Positions 50,296-60,867 of a stretch of DNA of 64,000 nt are shown here, piece after piece (the first letter of the stretch is position 1; each line of letters begins with the position of its first letter). The position numbers and the translations under genes are program-made. Source of the DNA: an uncultured Chloroflexia bacterium (GTDB taxonomy: Bacteria > Chloroflexota > Limnocylindria > Limnocylindrales > CSP1-4); the NCBI GenBank assembly GCA_963813535.1, contig CAWEZH010000003.1, positions 352,001-416,000 of the forward strand, given 5' to 3'. The notes beneath the pieces were generated by a model. That model saw only the letters and a program-made list of their open reading frames with translations, did no database searches and had not been told where the DNA came from.

Positions 50296-52506
50296 TCAGG
50301 CCGGGGCTCCGCTTCCGGTCTCGACCGGCCGAAGCGACGGGTCATCGACCCCATCGTCGACGGTCGCCGGCCCCGGCAGCTCGACCACCGCGTGGGCCGC
50401 CGCGTCGTACCGGTCGGACGTCGTCAGGTAGATGATCTGGAAGTCCTCGGCGACCCGCTTCAGGAGCGCGAGGGCCCGAGTGGCGCGCTCGTCGTCGAGC
50501 GTCACGAACGGGTCATCGAAGATCAGGGGTGGCCGGCGATCCCCAGTGACGAGCCGAACAAGCCCCAACCGCGCCGTGAGGTAGACCAGGTCGAGCGTGC
50601 CCTGGCTCAACGTGCTCACGGGCACCCAGTCGCCTCGTTCGGGTGCATGAACGTCGATGTCCAGCGTCTTGTCGTCGACCCGGACGCGGCGGTAGCGACC
50701 GCCGGTCACCGACGAGACATCGCGGACCATGTGGCCCTCGAGATAGCGCGTCGCGGTCTTCATCGTCGCCGCCTCGGCCGCTTCGATCGCGCGGAGCGTC
50801 GTCTCGAGCACCCGGTATCGGCGCTGGGACAACGCCAGCTGCTCGCGCCACACGGCCAGACGCTCGGCATCTGCCGCGACCTGCTCGGCGTCGACTGCGA
50901 TGTTCTCGACCCGAGCCCTCGTGTTCGCTTCGTCGTCGCGCGACCGGTCGAGCGCCGCCTCCTGATCGCGGACCTCGACCTCGAGCCGCTCGCGCGCCCG
51001 CGGCTCCTTGGCGATCGGCCCGAGCGACTCCATCGCGCTCGTCTTCTGCTCGATCTCGAGGGCCGCCGCGTCGCGCAGCGGCGGCAACGTCTCGCGCGGC
51101 TCCTTGCCGACCAGGCCGTCGAGCTGGGCGGAGAGCTGGTCCATGCGCGCGACGTGTGCTTCCTCGCGCGCCAGGAGGTCTTCGGCAGCGGGGACGTCGT
51201 CGAGGCCGAGCGTGCCGAGCTGCTGCTCGGTGTCGACTTCGGCCTGGTGCAGCTCCGCCTCCATCTCCGACCGGCCGCGTAGCCGCCGATCGATCTCGAC
51301 ATCGCGCAATTGTTCCTGCATCTGCGAATGGCGACGCAGCCACACCGCCACAGCGCTGAGGATCCCGCCGATCAGCGCCAAGGCGGCACCAAGGAACAGC
51401 GGCGGCATGCCGAGATCGGCGATACCAAGGACGTCGAGCACGATGCTGCCCCCCGCGAGGAGGACGCCGATCAGGACGGCGATCAGACCCAAGCGCGACA
51501 GCGGCCGCCAGGTCGGTTCCGGCGCGACCTCGAAATTGACGTCGATCTCCCCGGCGAGCGAGGCACGGAGCTCGCGCATCCGGGAGTCCAGCACGCGCAG
51601 CCGCTCGACCGCCTGGCGGATGACTGGCAGGGGATTGGGCGATGGATGGGTCTGGGCAAGCTCGTCGAGCTCGGTGGCGACCTCGACCGCTTCGCGGAAG
51701 CGTTCATAGCGCTCGCGAGCCGCGGTGCGCTCGGCGTCGAGCCGCTCGGCCTGGCGGGCCTTCTCGAGCATCGCGCGCTTCTCTGCCAGTCCACGCTCGG
51801 ACTCGAGCCGCCGTTCGCGCGCCGTCGACAGCGAGTCGCGGTCACGCTCGAGCTGGGCCAGGTCGAGCTCGCCCTTCTCGACCGTGGCGGCAGCCTCGGC
51901 CACGGCGGCCTCGGACAGCTTGAGCCGACCGGGATTCTTGTCGCCCTTCGTCGTCAGCTCATAGATGGCCCGCTCGAGACGCTTCTTCACCCGGCCCGTA
52001 CCCCGATCGGCACCGCTGATGCTGGCCTGGAGCCGATCGCGCAGGGCCGCCTCGTCGCGGGCGAGGTCGCTGAGCTCGTGATGGCGGACCGACGCCGTCG
52101 AGCGGAAGAACGATTCGTTGGCGATGCCGGACAGCTCGGCCAGGACCTGGTCGGCAAGCGCGGGATCGGTGACCCGCTGGCCGTCATAGACGAGGTCGAC
52201 GGTCCCCTTCTGCCCGCCGAACCACTTCTCGAGCGTACCGGTCGCGAGTCGCCCGTCCTCCTCGTCCTGCTCGAACTCGATGGCGACCCACGGGCGGGCA
52301 TCCGGTCCGGCGTCCCACGGCCGGAGCGATTCCAGGTCCGCCGCGTTGCTCGTGACGCGCCGGGTCAGGGCAAGCTCGATGGCTCGCTGGATCGTGCTCT
52401 TGCCGGCCTCGTTCGGACCGCGCACGACCGTGACGCCGGGGGCCAGGTCGATGTCCAGCTCGCGGTACCGGCGCAGGTCACGGACCTGCAGTCGGCGGAT
52501 CCTCAC
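50296..52506 (-). CDS. SMC/Rad50-like ATPase (SbcC/YhaN-like) with central TM hairpin
   Basis: Walker A GPNEAGKST, coiled coils, signature LSQGT, Walker B LIFDDPFV. Confidence 0.9.
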   Translation of the reverse strand: MRIRRLQVRDLRRYRELDIDLAPGVTVVRGPNEAGKSTIQRAIELALTRRVTSNAADLESLRPWDAGPDARPWVAIEFEQDEEDGRLATGTLEKWFGGQKGTVDLVYDGQRVTDPALADQVLAELSGIANESFFRSTASVRHHELSDLARDEAALRDRLQASISGADRGTGRVKKRLERAIYELTTKGDKNPGRLKLSEAAVAEAAATVEKGELDLAQLERDRDSLSTARERRLESERGLAEKRAMLEKARQAERLDAERTAARERYERFREAVEVATELDELAQTHPSPNPLPVIRQAVERLRVLDSRMRELRASLAGEIDVNFEVAPEPTWRPLSRLGLIAVLIGVLLAGGSIVLDVLGIADLGMPPLFLGAALALIGGILSAVAVWLRRHSQMQEQLRDVEIDRRLRGRSEMEAELHQAEVDTEQQLGTLGLDDVPAAEDLLAREEAHVARMDQLSAQLDGLVGKEPRETLPPLRDAAALEIEQKTSAMESLGPIAKEPRARERLEVEVRDQEAALDRSRDDEANTRARVENIAVDAEQVAADAERLAVWREQLALSQRRYRVLETTLRAIEAAEAATMKTATRYLEGHMVRDVSSVTGGRYRRVRVDDKTLDIDVHAPERGDWVPVSTLSQGTLDLVYLTARLGLVRLVTGDRRPPLIFDDPFVTLDDERATRALALLKRVAEDFQIIYLTTSDRYDAAAHAVVELPGPATVDDGVDDPSLRPVETGSGAPA

Positions 52507-53693
52507 AGCGAGACCTCGTGTCCGGCCAGCAGGAGCCGGCCAAGACGGAGGGCGTCGCGCAGCTCGCCGGCCTCGACCGAGGTGTCGGTGCCACCGTCGG
52601 CGGACGGTGCCGCCTCCAACTCGGCGATGCGCGCCTCCATATCGCGGATGAAGGCGCCGGCGATCGTGTCCGGTGAGGGCAGGGTCCCTTCGGTCAGTGG
52701 CGGCACGCTCACGTCGCGCACGCGGACCTTGAGGAACGACGGGGCCAATGCGTTCTCGATCTCCTCCGGGTGGAGGTCGAGGTCGTCAGGACGCACGCCG
52801 ACGATGCGAACGTCGAGCACGAGATCCGGGTTGCCCTTGCGGTTGAGGCTTTCGATGAAGGCCGGCTGGGTCGTGACGCCCGCGGCATCGAGATCGAGCT
52901 TCTCGAACCGGGTCTTACCGACCGACCGCTCCGTGACGGTCACGTTGCGCCCGGTGGGCGTGTCCTCGAGCTGGACACTGAGGACTTTGCCGGCGCGATC
53001 CTGATCGACCGCGATGGGCTCGGGTGCGCCGGCATACGCGTATGTCACGGTGCCCGCTCGGGCCTGCTGCGCCGAATGCCAGTGCCCGAGCGCCAGGTAG
53101 TCGAGCCCGCTCGCGGCGATCTCATCGGTGGTGATGACGACGTCGTCCCGGTCCGTCTTGCCCGGGATGGACAGCGCGCCGTGCACCATCCCGACCTGCC
53201 AGGCGGCCTTCGCCCTCTGGCCGGCCACGTCCAGGTCCTGCAGCGGGCTATGTGGTGCACGCTTCGTCGCGAACACCGGCCCGTGGACCACGACGTCGCA
53301 TGAGGTGATATGGATGGACGGCCGTTCCGGGGTCAGGACCGTCACCCAGTCGTCGTCCGGCGTGCTGCCGGACAGCGCCTTGAGGTCGTACGCCCGATAG
53401 ATCGACGAGCGATCGTAGGCGTCGTGCGTCCCCGGGATGACGACGGTCCGGATCTTCGCCGCGGCGAGGCGCTTCAGTTCGGCGGCGACGCGCTCGACCG
53501 ACCGGCGAGGCTGGACGTTGCTGTCGAACAGGTCGCCGGCGATCAGGACAAGGTCGGCCTTCTCCGACAGCGCCAGGTCGATGGTGGCGACGAAAGCGGC
53601 GAATTGGCGTTCGCGCTGCGCGCTGGCCTGTTCGCCGAGGTCGTCATGACGGGCGCCCAGATGGACGTCCGCGGTATGGATGATCCGTAGCAT
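52503..53693 (-). CDS. Mre11/SbcD-like DNA repair exonuclease (metallophosphoesterase)
   Basis: HTADVHLG, IAGDLFD, PGTHD, MVHG, YLALGHWH, YAGAPE. Confidence 0.92.
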   Translation of the reverse strand: MLRIIHTADVHLGARHDDLGEQASAQRERQFAAFVATIDLALSEKADLVLIAGDLFDSNVQPRRSVERVAAELKRLAAAKIRTVVIPGTHDAYDRSSIYRAYDLKALSGSTPDDDWVTVLTPERPSIHITSCDVVVHGPVFATKRAPHSPLQDLDVAGQRAKAAWQVGMVHGALSIPGKTDRDDVVITTDEIAASGLDYLALGHWHSAQQARAGTVTYAYAGAPEPIAVDQDRAGKVLSVQLEDTPTGRNVTVTERSVGKTRFEKLDLDAAGVTTQPAFIESLNRKGNPDLVLDVRIVGVRPDDLDLHPEEIENALAPSFLKVRVRDVSVPPLTEGTLPSPDTIAGAFIRDMEARIAELEAAPSADGGTDTSVEAGELRDALRLGRLLLAGHEVSL

Positions 53694-53892
53694 CCGCTCG
53701 GGTCTGCCCTCTCAGTGTTGACGGGTCGGGCGGTCTCGATCCGGTGCTACCCCTGGGTGGTATGGCGCGAGCGAGGCGCCCCCATGACTCCCCGCTCGCC
53801 GACCCGGATCCTCGCGCGCCATTGTGACAGGTACGTTGTCACGCTCGCCAGCCCGTATCCGGCCGTGCGATGTCAGATTCGAAGGGGCGTTG

Positions 53893-54057
53893 TATCCTGC
53901 GCCGCACTACAGAACCGGTGCGCCCGCAGACAGGGACTCCACATCGGCACCTGGGTCGCTGGGGCCCGGCTTCTTCGCCAGCCTCGCTTTCCTGACTGCC
54001 GATACGGTCGCCCTCCGCAAGCGCGCCCGCCGACCAACGCGCCCCCGGAGGAGCATC
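53893..54057 (+). promoter_or_regulatory. Promoter and long structured 5' leader of the zinc-ribbon gene
   Basis: TATCCT -10 at 53893; stem ATCGGCA...TGCCGAT enclosing GCTGG...CCAGC; GGAGGAG RBS. Confidence 0.4.
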
Positions 54058-54396
54058 GTGACATACGCTGATCGGACCCTCACCTGTGTCGACTGTGGCG
54101 TCGAGTTCATCCACTCCGCCGCCGATCAGGAGTACTACGTCCAGAAGGGCTTTGCCTCGGACCCCAAGCGATGCACGAGCTGCCGCGCCAGCCGGCGGGC
54201 CGCCCGCGAGGGCGGCGATGACCTCCACGATATCGGCGGGCCGCGCGGCTACGAGCGCAGCGTCGAGCGTCCGGACCGGGAGTACTTCGCTGTCGTCTGC
54301 TCGTCATGCGGCAACCAGGCCCAGGTGCCGTTCCGGCCGCGCATGGACCGCCCGGTCTACTGCTCCGATTGCTTCCGGACCGTCCGCCCGGACTGA
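54058..54396 (+). CDS. Zinc-ribbon + CxxC-x17-CxxC domain protein
   Basis: DRTLTCVDCGVEFIHSAADQEYYVQKGFASDPKRCTSCR and CSSCG...VPFRPRMDRPVYCSDCF. Confidence 0.92.
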   Translation: MTYADRTLTCVDCGVEFIHSAADQEYYVQKGFASDPKRCTSCRASRRAAREGGDDLHDIGGPRGYERSVERPDREYFAVVCSSCGNQAQVPFRPRMDRPVYCSDCFRTVRPD

Positions 54397-54438
54397 CAGT
54401 CCGGCGGGAAGCCGGCTCGTCGCGCGATCGCGACTCGC

Positions 54439-55146
54439 CTAGACCCTGAACACCTCGCCGGCACGAAAGCGCTCGCGCCGGCGACCGCGCCAGACCGTGA
54501 CGCGCGACTCGCCGTGGACCTGCCAACCGCCATCGTGACCGACGACAGCGGTGTCCTCGTCGATGCCCAGCACGACCGCGCCGCGCGGCGCCTGGAAGGC
54601 GATCAAGGCGGAGAACGGCTCCGGCCACGCGTCGTAGTGCGGCACGACGGTCACCCCGCCGGCGAACCCGAGCCCGCTCCGCCAGCGCAGCGGGAAGGGC
54701 ACGAGCCTGACCCGGAAGTCGAACGACGAGGCGGCCAGCGCCATCGCTCCGGCCGAGCATCCGGCGAGGACGGCGCCTCGTTCATGTGCAGCGACGAGGC
54801 CGTCCCCGACCGCGGTGCCGGCGAGCGCGGCGATCAGGTATCCGGGCTTCCCGCCCGACAGGTAGATGAGGTCCGCCTCGCCGAGGGCCTGGGCGGCGGC
54901 GGGATCATCGGCCCCGGAACGGTCGCGCACGAGGACGGGTTCGACCTCGGCACCGAGCGCCGTGAAATGCGAGACGCCCATCGCCGCCCAGCGCTGGAAG
55001 ACGACCTCCCCGTCCGGGTACGAGGCGGTCGGCAGGATGACCACCCGGGGGCGCGTCACCCCGGTCGTCGCGAGCAGGCTCGCGTCGAGTGCCGACATCG
55101 TCGGGAGGAACTCGCCGGCGCCCACCAGCGCCACAGGTCCGGGCAT
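54439..55146 (-). CDS. Peptidase S51 / cyanophycinase-like (type 1 glutamine amidotransferase-like) protein
   Basis: VALVGAGEF, ILPTAS, IYLSGG, GCSAGAM, PHYD, LGIDEDT. Confidence 0.85.
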   Translation of the reverse strand: MPGPVALVGAGEFLPTMSALDASLLATTGVTRPRVVILPTASYPDGEVVFQRWAAMGVSHFTALGAEVEPVLVRDRSGADDPAAAQALGEADLIYLSGGKPGYLIAALAGTAVGDGLVAAHERGAVLAGCSAGAMALAASSFDFRVRLVPFPLRWRSGLGFAGGVTVVPHYDAWPEPFSALIAFQAPRGAVVLGIDEDTAVVGHDGGWQVHGESRVTVWRGRRRERFRAGEVFRV

Positions 55147-55178
55147 AGCGCCGAGAGTCTATCTGCGACACTGCCGCG

Positions 55179-56753
55179 ATGACGCCGCGCCAGCGTTGGA
55201 CCCTCATCGCGACGATCATCGGATCGGGTGCGGTGTTCCTCGATGGCACGGTCGTGAACTCGGCCCTGCCGAGGATCGGCCGCGAGTTGCCGGCCACCGT
55301 GGTCGGTGTCCTCGAGGGCCAGACCTACGTCATCAGCGGATACCTGGCGGTACTCGCGGCGTTGCTGATCCTGGCGGGGGCGCTGTCGGACCGCTACGGA
55401 CGGCGCCGGGTCTACGCCATCGGTCTGGCCGGCTTCGCCATCACCTCGGCTCTGTGCGGGCTCGCACCGAGCCTCGAAGTGCTGATCGTGGCGCGGCTGC
55501 TGCAGGGCGCGGCTGGCGCACTCATGGTGCCCGGCGCGCTCTCGATCATCACCCAGACTTTCCCCGAGAACGAGCGCGGTCGGGCCTTCGGCTTGTGGAC
55601 TGCCGCAACGTCGGCTCTGTCCCTTGTCGGTCCGCTCGTGGGCGGCCTGCTGGTCGACACGATCGGGTGGCGGGTCGCGTTCCTCATCAACGTGCCGATC
55701 CTTGCCGTGGCCCTGGTGATCACGCTCCGCCACGTCCAGGAGACCCGCGACACCGACACCGACCGCCGGTTCGACTGGCTCGGCTCGATCGTGGCGGCGG
55801 TCGCCGTCGGCGGCCTGTCGTTCGGGGTGATCCGCGGCAGCGAACAGGAGTGGCGCGACCCCGTCGCCTGGGCGGCCATCGCCGTCGGCGCGCTGGCGCT
55901 CGTCGCCTTCCCGATCCTGATGAGCCGCCGACGCGATCCGCTGGTCCCGCTCGGGCTCTTCCGCTCGCGGGCGTTCACGTCGATCAACCTCGCGACGTTC
56001 TTCGTCTATGGCGGCCTCTACGTGATGCTGAGCTATCTGAGCATCACGCTCCAGGGTGCGCTTGGGTACACCGCGCTCGCCGCGGGTGCCGCCGTGCTGC
56101 CCATCGGGATCTGCCTCATCGTGCTGTCGCCGCGCATCGGCACGATCGCGGGAGAGTCCGGCGGTGAAGGCGCTCGACGGTTCCTGACGATCGGCCCGGC
56201 ACTCATGACCGCTGGCCTGCTGTGGTTCACGAGGCTGCCCGCGGACTCACCGGCGTGGCCCGCCAGTCCCGAGCATCCTGCGTCGCTGATCCCACCCGCG
56301 GGCTTCTTCGTCGACGTGCTGCCGGCGGTCGGCCTGTTCGGGTTGGGCATCGCGTGTGTCGTCGCACCGCTCACGAACACGCTCATGGGCTCGATCCCGG
56401 AGCGGTTCTCCGGGCTCGGTTCGGCCATCAACAACGCGATCGCTCGGGTCGGACAGCCGTTGCTCGGCGCCCTGATCTTCGTCGCGCTGAGCGGCACCTT
56501 CTACGCGGCCCTGTCGTCGATGGCCCCGGACCTGGACGTCACGTCGCCGGAGATCCGAGCCGCCTTCCCGCCGCTCAATCCGCCGCGCATCGAGGCCACG
56601 CCGGCCCAGGTCGACGCCGCGGCGCGCGCGTCGATCGAGGCGTTCCACCAGGCGATGGCAGTCGCAGCCGGCCTCGTCGCGATCGGCGGGGCGGTGTCGT
56701 GGTTCGGCCTGCGCGAGCAAGCACCCGTCCGCGAGCAGGTGCCGGCCGCCTGA
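55179..56753 (+). CDS. MFS transporter (DHA2/EmrB-like)
   Basis: FLDGTVVNSALP, GALSDRYGRRR, GWRVAFLINVP; about 14 TM helices. Confidence 0.92.
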   Translation: MTPRQRWTLIATIIGSGAVFLDGTVVNSALPRIGRELPATVVGVLEGQTYVISGYLAVLAALLILAGALSDRYGRRRVYAIGLAGFAITSALCGLAPSLEVLIVARLLQGAAGALMVPGALSIITQTFPENERGRAFGLWTAATSALSLVGPLVGGLLVDTIGWRVAFLINVPILAVALVITLRHVQETRDTDTDRRFDWLGSIVAAVAVGGLSFGVIRGSEQEWRDPVAWAAIAVGALALVAFPILMSRRRDPLVPLGLFRSRAFTSINLATFFVYGGLYVMLSYLSITLQGALGYTALAAGAAVLPIGICLIVLSPRIGTIAGESGGEGARRFLTIGPALMTAGLLWFTRLPADSPAWPASPEHPASLIPPAGFFVDVLPAVGLFGLGIACVVAPLTNTLMGSIPERFSGLGSAINNAIARVGQPLLGALIFVALSGTFYAALSSMAPDLDVTSPEIRAAFPPLNPPRIEATPAQVDAAARASIEAFHQAMAVAAGLVAIGGAVSWFGLREQAPVREQVPAA

Positions 56754-57493
56754 TGCCGCGCGACTGGGATGCGCGGACGTACGACCGCGTCGCCCACCCG
56801 ATGACGCGCTGGGGACTGGCCGTGCTCGACCGCCTGCCGCTCGCAGGTGGCGAGCGAGTGCTGGATGCCGGCTGCGGGACGGGTCGCGTCACGGAACGCC
56901 TGGCCGAGCGCCTGCCGGACGGCCACGTCATCGCCCTGGATGGATCGCCGGCCATGGTCGACGGCGCGCGCCAACGCCTGGCGCGGTTCGGCGATCGGAT
57001 CGAGTACGTGGTCGCGGACCTCGGCCGGCCCCTGCCGATCGCGGATCCGGTCGACGCGATCGTCTCGACCGCGACGTTCCACTGGGTGCCGGACCACGAC
57101 GCGCTGTTCCGGAACCTTGCCGCCGTCACGAAGCCGGGCGGCCGGCTCGTCGCCCAGTGCGGCGGGGCCGGCAATATCGCGTCGGTCCTTCGCGTGCTTG
57201 CCACGATCGGCGACGGCTGGCTCGGTCCGGTGCATTTCGAGACGCCTCACGACACGGAACGACGTCTCGCCGCGGCCGGCTACGTGGACATCGGCTGCTG
57301 GCTCTCGGAGGAGACAGAGCGGTTCGAGGCCGGCGAGCCGTTCGAGTCGTATCTGCGGACGGTCGTCCTGGGCGCCCACCTCGAGCGCCTGCCGGCGACG
57401 GAGCACGATGCCTTCGTGCTCGCTGTCGCCGACGGTCTCGGGAAACCCGTGATCGACTATGTCCGGCTGAACATCACGGCGCGGCGAGGCTGA
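56753..57493 (+). CDS. Class I SAM-dependent methyltransferase (Tam-like)
   Basis: WDARTYDR, VLDAGCGTG, STATFHWVPDH, KPGGRL, DYVRLNI; TGATG overlap. Confidence 0.9.
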   Translation: MPRDWDARTYDRVAHPMTRWGLAVLDRLPLAGGERVLDAGCGTGRVTERLAERLPDGHVIALDGSPAMVDGARQRLARFGDRIEYVVADLGRPLPIADPVDAIVSTATFHWVPDHDALFRNLAAVTKPGGRLVAQCGGAGNIASVLRVLATIGDGWLGPVHFETPHDTERRLAAAGYVDIGCWLSEETERFEAGEPFESYLRTVVLGAHLERLPATEHDAFVLAVADGLGKPVIDYVRLNITARRG

Positions 57494-57926
57494 TCGCGCT
57501 GAGCTGGATCGTCGGGGTCGCGCCCGACGCATGGAACGTGCCCGTCACCTCGACCCAGCCCCACATCGCCTGGGCCAGACCGGGTTCGCTGGCGCGGTCG
57601 AGCCCGGCGACGACGTCGGCCGGGATCTCGCCCGCGATGGCGACCGTGCCGCCGCCGCACTGGGGCGGATACGACTCCAGCACGAGCGAGCACAGGCTGG
57701 CGCCGTCATCGATGGCGAGCAGGAACCCTTTGACGCGAACGGACTGGCCGTCATTGGCGGCCGCTCCCGCCATCAGGGCATCGGTGTCGATGGCCGTGGC
57801 CGGCGCGCTTGCGCTCGGTGCGGCGGACGGACCGGCAGCCGACGGTGGTGGCGTGACCGATGGCGTGCTCGCGCTGTCGCACGCGGCAAGCAGCATGGCG
57901 ACGACGATGCCGAAGAGGAGGCGCAT
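57474..57926 (-). CDS. Putative lipoprotein
   Basis: GGAGG-like context; lipobox LLAA-C, Pro/Ser linker, LC..VLESYPPQCGG motif. Confidence 0.7.
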   Translation of the reverse strand: MRLLFGIVVAMLLAACDSASTPSVTPPPSAAGPSAAPSASAPATAIDTDALMAGAAANDGQSVRVKGFLLAIDDGASLCSLVLESYPPQCGGGTVAIAGEIPADVVAGLDRASEPGLAQAMWGWVEVTGTFHASGATPTIQLSAISLAAP

Positions 57927-57991
57927 GGAGGACCTCGGTGGCGGGTGACGGCTGATCCGCCCGCTCGACGCGCAGCGGCTGGAGCCGGTTC

Positions 57992-58540
57992 CTAGCGCTC
58001 CACCGCGAACGGGCCGCCGTGGCCGGGGATGACCACATCGGCGACACCCAGCACCCGGGCGCGACCAGCCATGATCGCGTCCTGATCGTCGCAATACGGA
58101 TCCAGGTCCGGCGATCGGTCGGCGTGCCACCACAGGTGGGTCATCGCGTAGACGCCGTCGTCCGCCTCGACGATCAGTGACGCGTCCTCGGCGGTATGCC
58201 CAGGCGTGAGCCACAGCTGGGCCTTCGGCGACAGCCGGTACCCATCGCCCGGCATGTCGAGCCACAGGTCGTCCTTGTACCGCGCCCAGAAATCGACGAC
58301 CTCGGCGTTGGGGAACAGGGCGACGTTCATCGTGTGGTCGGGATGGTGGTGGCTGAGGAAGACATGCGTCACGGCCTCCGCAGCAACACCCATCTCGGCG
58401 AGCGGATCGAGGATCAGTGAGCGCCGGGCGACCATCCCCGGATCGACGACGATCAGCGCATCACTGTCGCGCACGAGGGCGATGGACGAGGCCGTCCGCT
58501 CGCCGGTGTACCCAGCGTGGAGCAGGTGGACCGATGTCAT
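57992..58540 (-). CDS. MBL-fold metallo-hydrolase
   Basis: VVDPG, SHHHPDH, TPGHT, IPGHG. Confidence 0.9.
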   Translation of the reverse strand: MTSVHLLHAGYTGERTASSIALVRDSDALIVVDPGMVARRSLILDPLAEMGVAAEAVTHVFLSHHHPDHTMNVALFPNAEVVDFWARYKDDLWLDMPGDGYRLSPKAQLWLTPGHTAEDASLIVEADDGVYAMTHLWWHADRSPDLDPYCDDQDAIMAGRARVLGVADVVIPGHGGPFAVER

Positions 58541-58615
58541 GGCCGGCGATGCTACGCCGTCGCGCCGGGTGGGATGCAGTCGAGGCGCACGGCGCGACGC
58601 CTGCAGACTCCACCG

Positions 58616-60273
58616 ATGACGACTGACCAGCCCGCCGACCTCGTCCTCCGTGGTGGCCGGATCGCGACCATGGACGCGGCACGGTCGTGGGCATCGGCTG
58701 TGGCAGTGCGCGACGGACGGCTCGTGGCCGTCGGCCCCGACGCGATCGTGGCTGAGCGGATCGGACCGCGCACCCGCGTGATCGAGCTTCGCGGGCGCAC
58801 CGTGACGCCCGGGTTCCAGGACGCACACGTCCATCCGGTCCATGGGGGGCTGGCGATGCTGCGGTGCGATCTCCACGCCGATGCGCAGACCGGTTCCGAG
58901 ATCGATGTGATCGAGGCGTATGCACGATCGCACCCGGACGAGGCATGGATCCGCGGCGGTGGCTGGTACATGGCGGCGTTCGAGGGCGGGACCCCTCGAC
59001 GGGAGGAGCTCGACCGGATCCTCCCCGACCGCCCGGCCTTCCTCACGAGCCGGGATGGCCACAGCGCCTGGGTGAACACCAAGGCGCTGGAACTCGCCGG
59101 CGTGACCGCCTCGACACCGGATCCATCCGACGGACGGATCGAGCGCGACCCGGACGGAACCGCGAGCGGCACACTCCAGGAAGGTGCGATGGACCTGGTC
59201 GCCCGGTTGCTGCCCGGACGACACGCCGGCTGACCTCGAGGAAGCCCTCCGCCTCGGCCAGCGGCACCTCCACGGGTTCGGGATCACCGCCTGGCAGGAC
59301 GCGATCGTCGAGCCGCACAACGAGGAGCGTGCGTACGTGGCGCTGGCTGCCCGCGGCGAGTTGACAGGTCGCGTAGTGGGCGCGTTGTGGTGGGAGCATC
59401 ACCGCGGCGCCGAGCAGATCGAGGAGCTGGTCGAGCGGCGGCGCGCCACGGCGATCGGGCGGTACGCCCCGACGAGCGTCAAGTTGATGATGGACGGCGT
59501 CCTCGAGAACTTCACCGGTGCGATGCTCGAGCCGTATCTCGACGGCGACGGGTCCCCGACGGACAACCGGGGCCTGCTCCAGATCGACCCGGAGGGACTG
59601 GCCAGCTGGGTCCCGGCGCTCGATGCGCTCGGGTTCCAGCCACATTTCCATGCCATCGGCGACAGGGCCATCCGGGCATCGCTCGATGCGGTCGAGGCGT
59701 CTCGACGGGCCAACGGCCCATCCGACACGCGGCCGCATATCGCCCACATCCAGGTCATCCACCCCGACGACATCCCACGATTCCGCGACACTCGATGTCG
59801 CCGCTAACGCTCAGCCCCTGTGGGCGGCGCACGACGATCAGATGGACGTCCTGACCATCCCGTTCATCGGTGAGCGATGGCGCTGGCAGTACCCATTCCG
59901 CTCGCTTCGAGCCGCAGGCGCCGTCCTCGCGATGGGATCTGACTGGAGCGTCTCGAGCGCGAACCCGATCTGGGAGATGCATATCGCGGTCGAGCGCCAG
60001 GCACCCGCCTGGTACGCCGGCGATCGCGGCGTTCTCCTGCCTGAGGAGCGACTCGACCTGATCGATGCGCTCGCGGCGTTCACCTCTGGGTCGGCCTACG
60101 TGAATCATCTCGATGCGGATACCGGAACGCTCGAGGTCGGCAAGTTCGCCGATCTGGCGGTCCTCGATCGCGACCTGTTCGACCGCCGGGCCGGCGAGAT
60201 CCTCGATGCCACGGTCGTCGGCACGTTCGTCGAAGGCGTGGCCGTCCACGAGACCCCGGAGCTCGAGGGCTGA
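58616..60273 (+). CDS. Amidohydrolase 3 family (YtcJ-like), frameshifts near 59215 and 59790
   Basis: PGFQDAHVH, RDGHSAWVN, VKLMMDG, HAIGDRA, HIAHIQ, GSDWSVS, GTLEVGKFADLAVLDRD across three frames. Confidence 0.9.
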
Positions 60274-60409
60274 CGAGACACCGCGGACGCATGGACGGAT
60301 GACGATGTCGTTTCGGCATCGAACGTCGGTATCGACGGCGAGCCGCGACAGCGATGCTCCTGTTGCGCACCGGAACGATCCGGCAGACGCAGAAAGGAGC
60401 GAACCAGTC

Positions 60410-60616
60410 ATGAACGCACTCGCGATCCTGTACGTGAACGCCCACCTGCAGGACATCCTGGATGACGCTGCTGAGCGCCGAGCCCAGGTCGACCGGCCTT
60501 CCGTGATCGATCGGATCCGCTCCGCTGCGTCGGGCGCCAAGGCCATGCTGGCCACGCCCCTCGACAACCGCGGGACGATGTTCCCGACGCTCGACGAGTC
60601 GCCCAACCGGAGCTGA
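60410..60616 (+). CDS. Small hypothetical protein (68 aa)
   Basis: Strong AGAAAGGAG RBS, MNALAILYVNAHLQDILDDAAERRAQ, followed by an intrinsic terminator. Confidence 0.7.
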   Translation: MNALAILYVNAHLQDILDDAAERRAQVDRPSVIDRIRSAASGAKAMLATPLDNRGTMFPTLDESPNRS

Positions 60617-60646
60617 GGCCTCCTCCCTTCAGCTTCGTCCATCACC

Positions 60647-60687
60647 GACGACGACCCCCGTTCCTCCGACGGGGGTCGTCGTCTTTT
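60647..60687 (+). terminator. Rho-independent terminator
   Basis: GACGACGACCCCCGT-loop-ACGGGGGTCGTCGTC followed by TTTT. Confidence 0.88.
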
Positions 60688-60724
60688 CGCGTCCGGGTGA
60701 GGCATCCAGCTCGCCGCCGACCAA

Positions 60725-60867
60725 GGTGTGTCTGGCAGTCAGCACCGGTGCACCCAAGGACCCGGCATGCCGGCCCTCAGGCACGATCCGTGTCTGGGAG
60801 TCACACCCAGGGTCTCGAACGGGCGCGGCCAGCCGTCCCGACCTCCTGGTGTTGACTGGCACGCACC
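60725..60867 (+). ncRNA. Unassigned structured RNA or non-autonomous element
   Basis: End-to-end pairing GGTGTGT/GCACGCACC and CAGTCAGCACCGG/CTGGTGTTGACTG with G-U pairs on the + strand; internal hairpins CTGGG..CCCAG and CGGC..GCCG. Confidence 0.4.

Noticed and set aside
9740-60859. Shared 12-mer GGTGTTGACTGG at 9740 and 60848
   Set aside because: Many 12-mer matches are expected by chance in 64 kb, and the flanks are unrelated.
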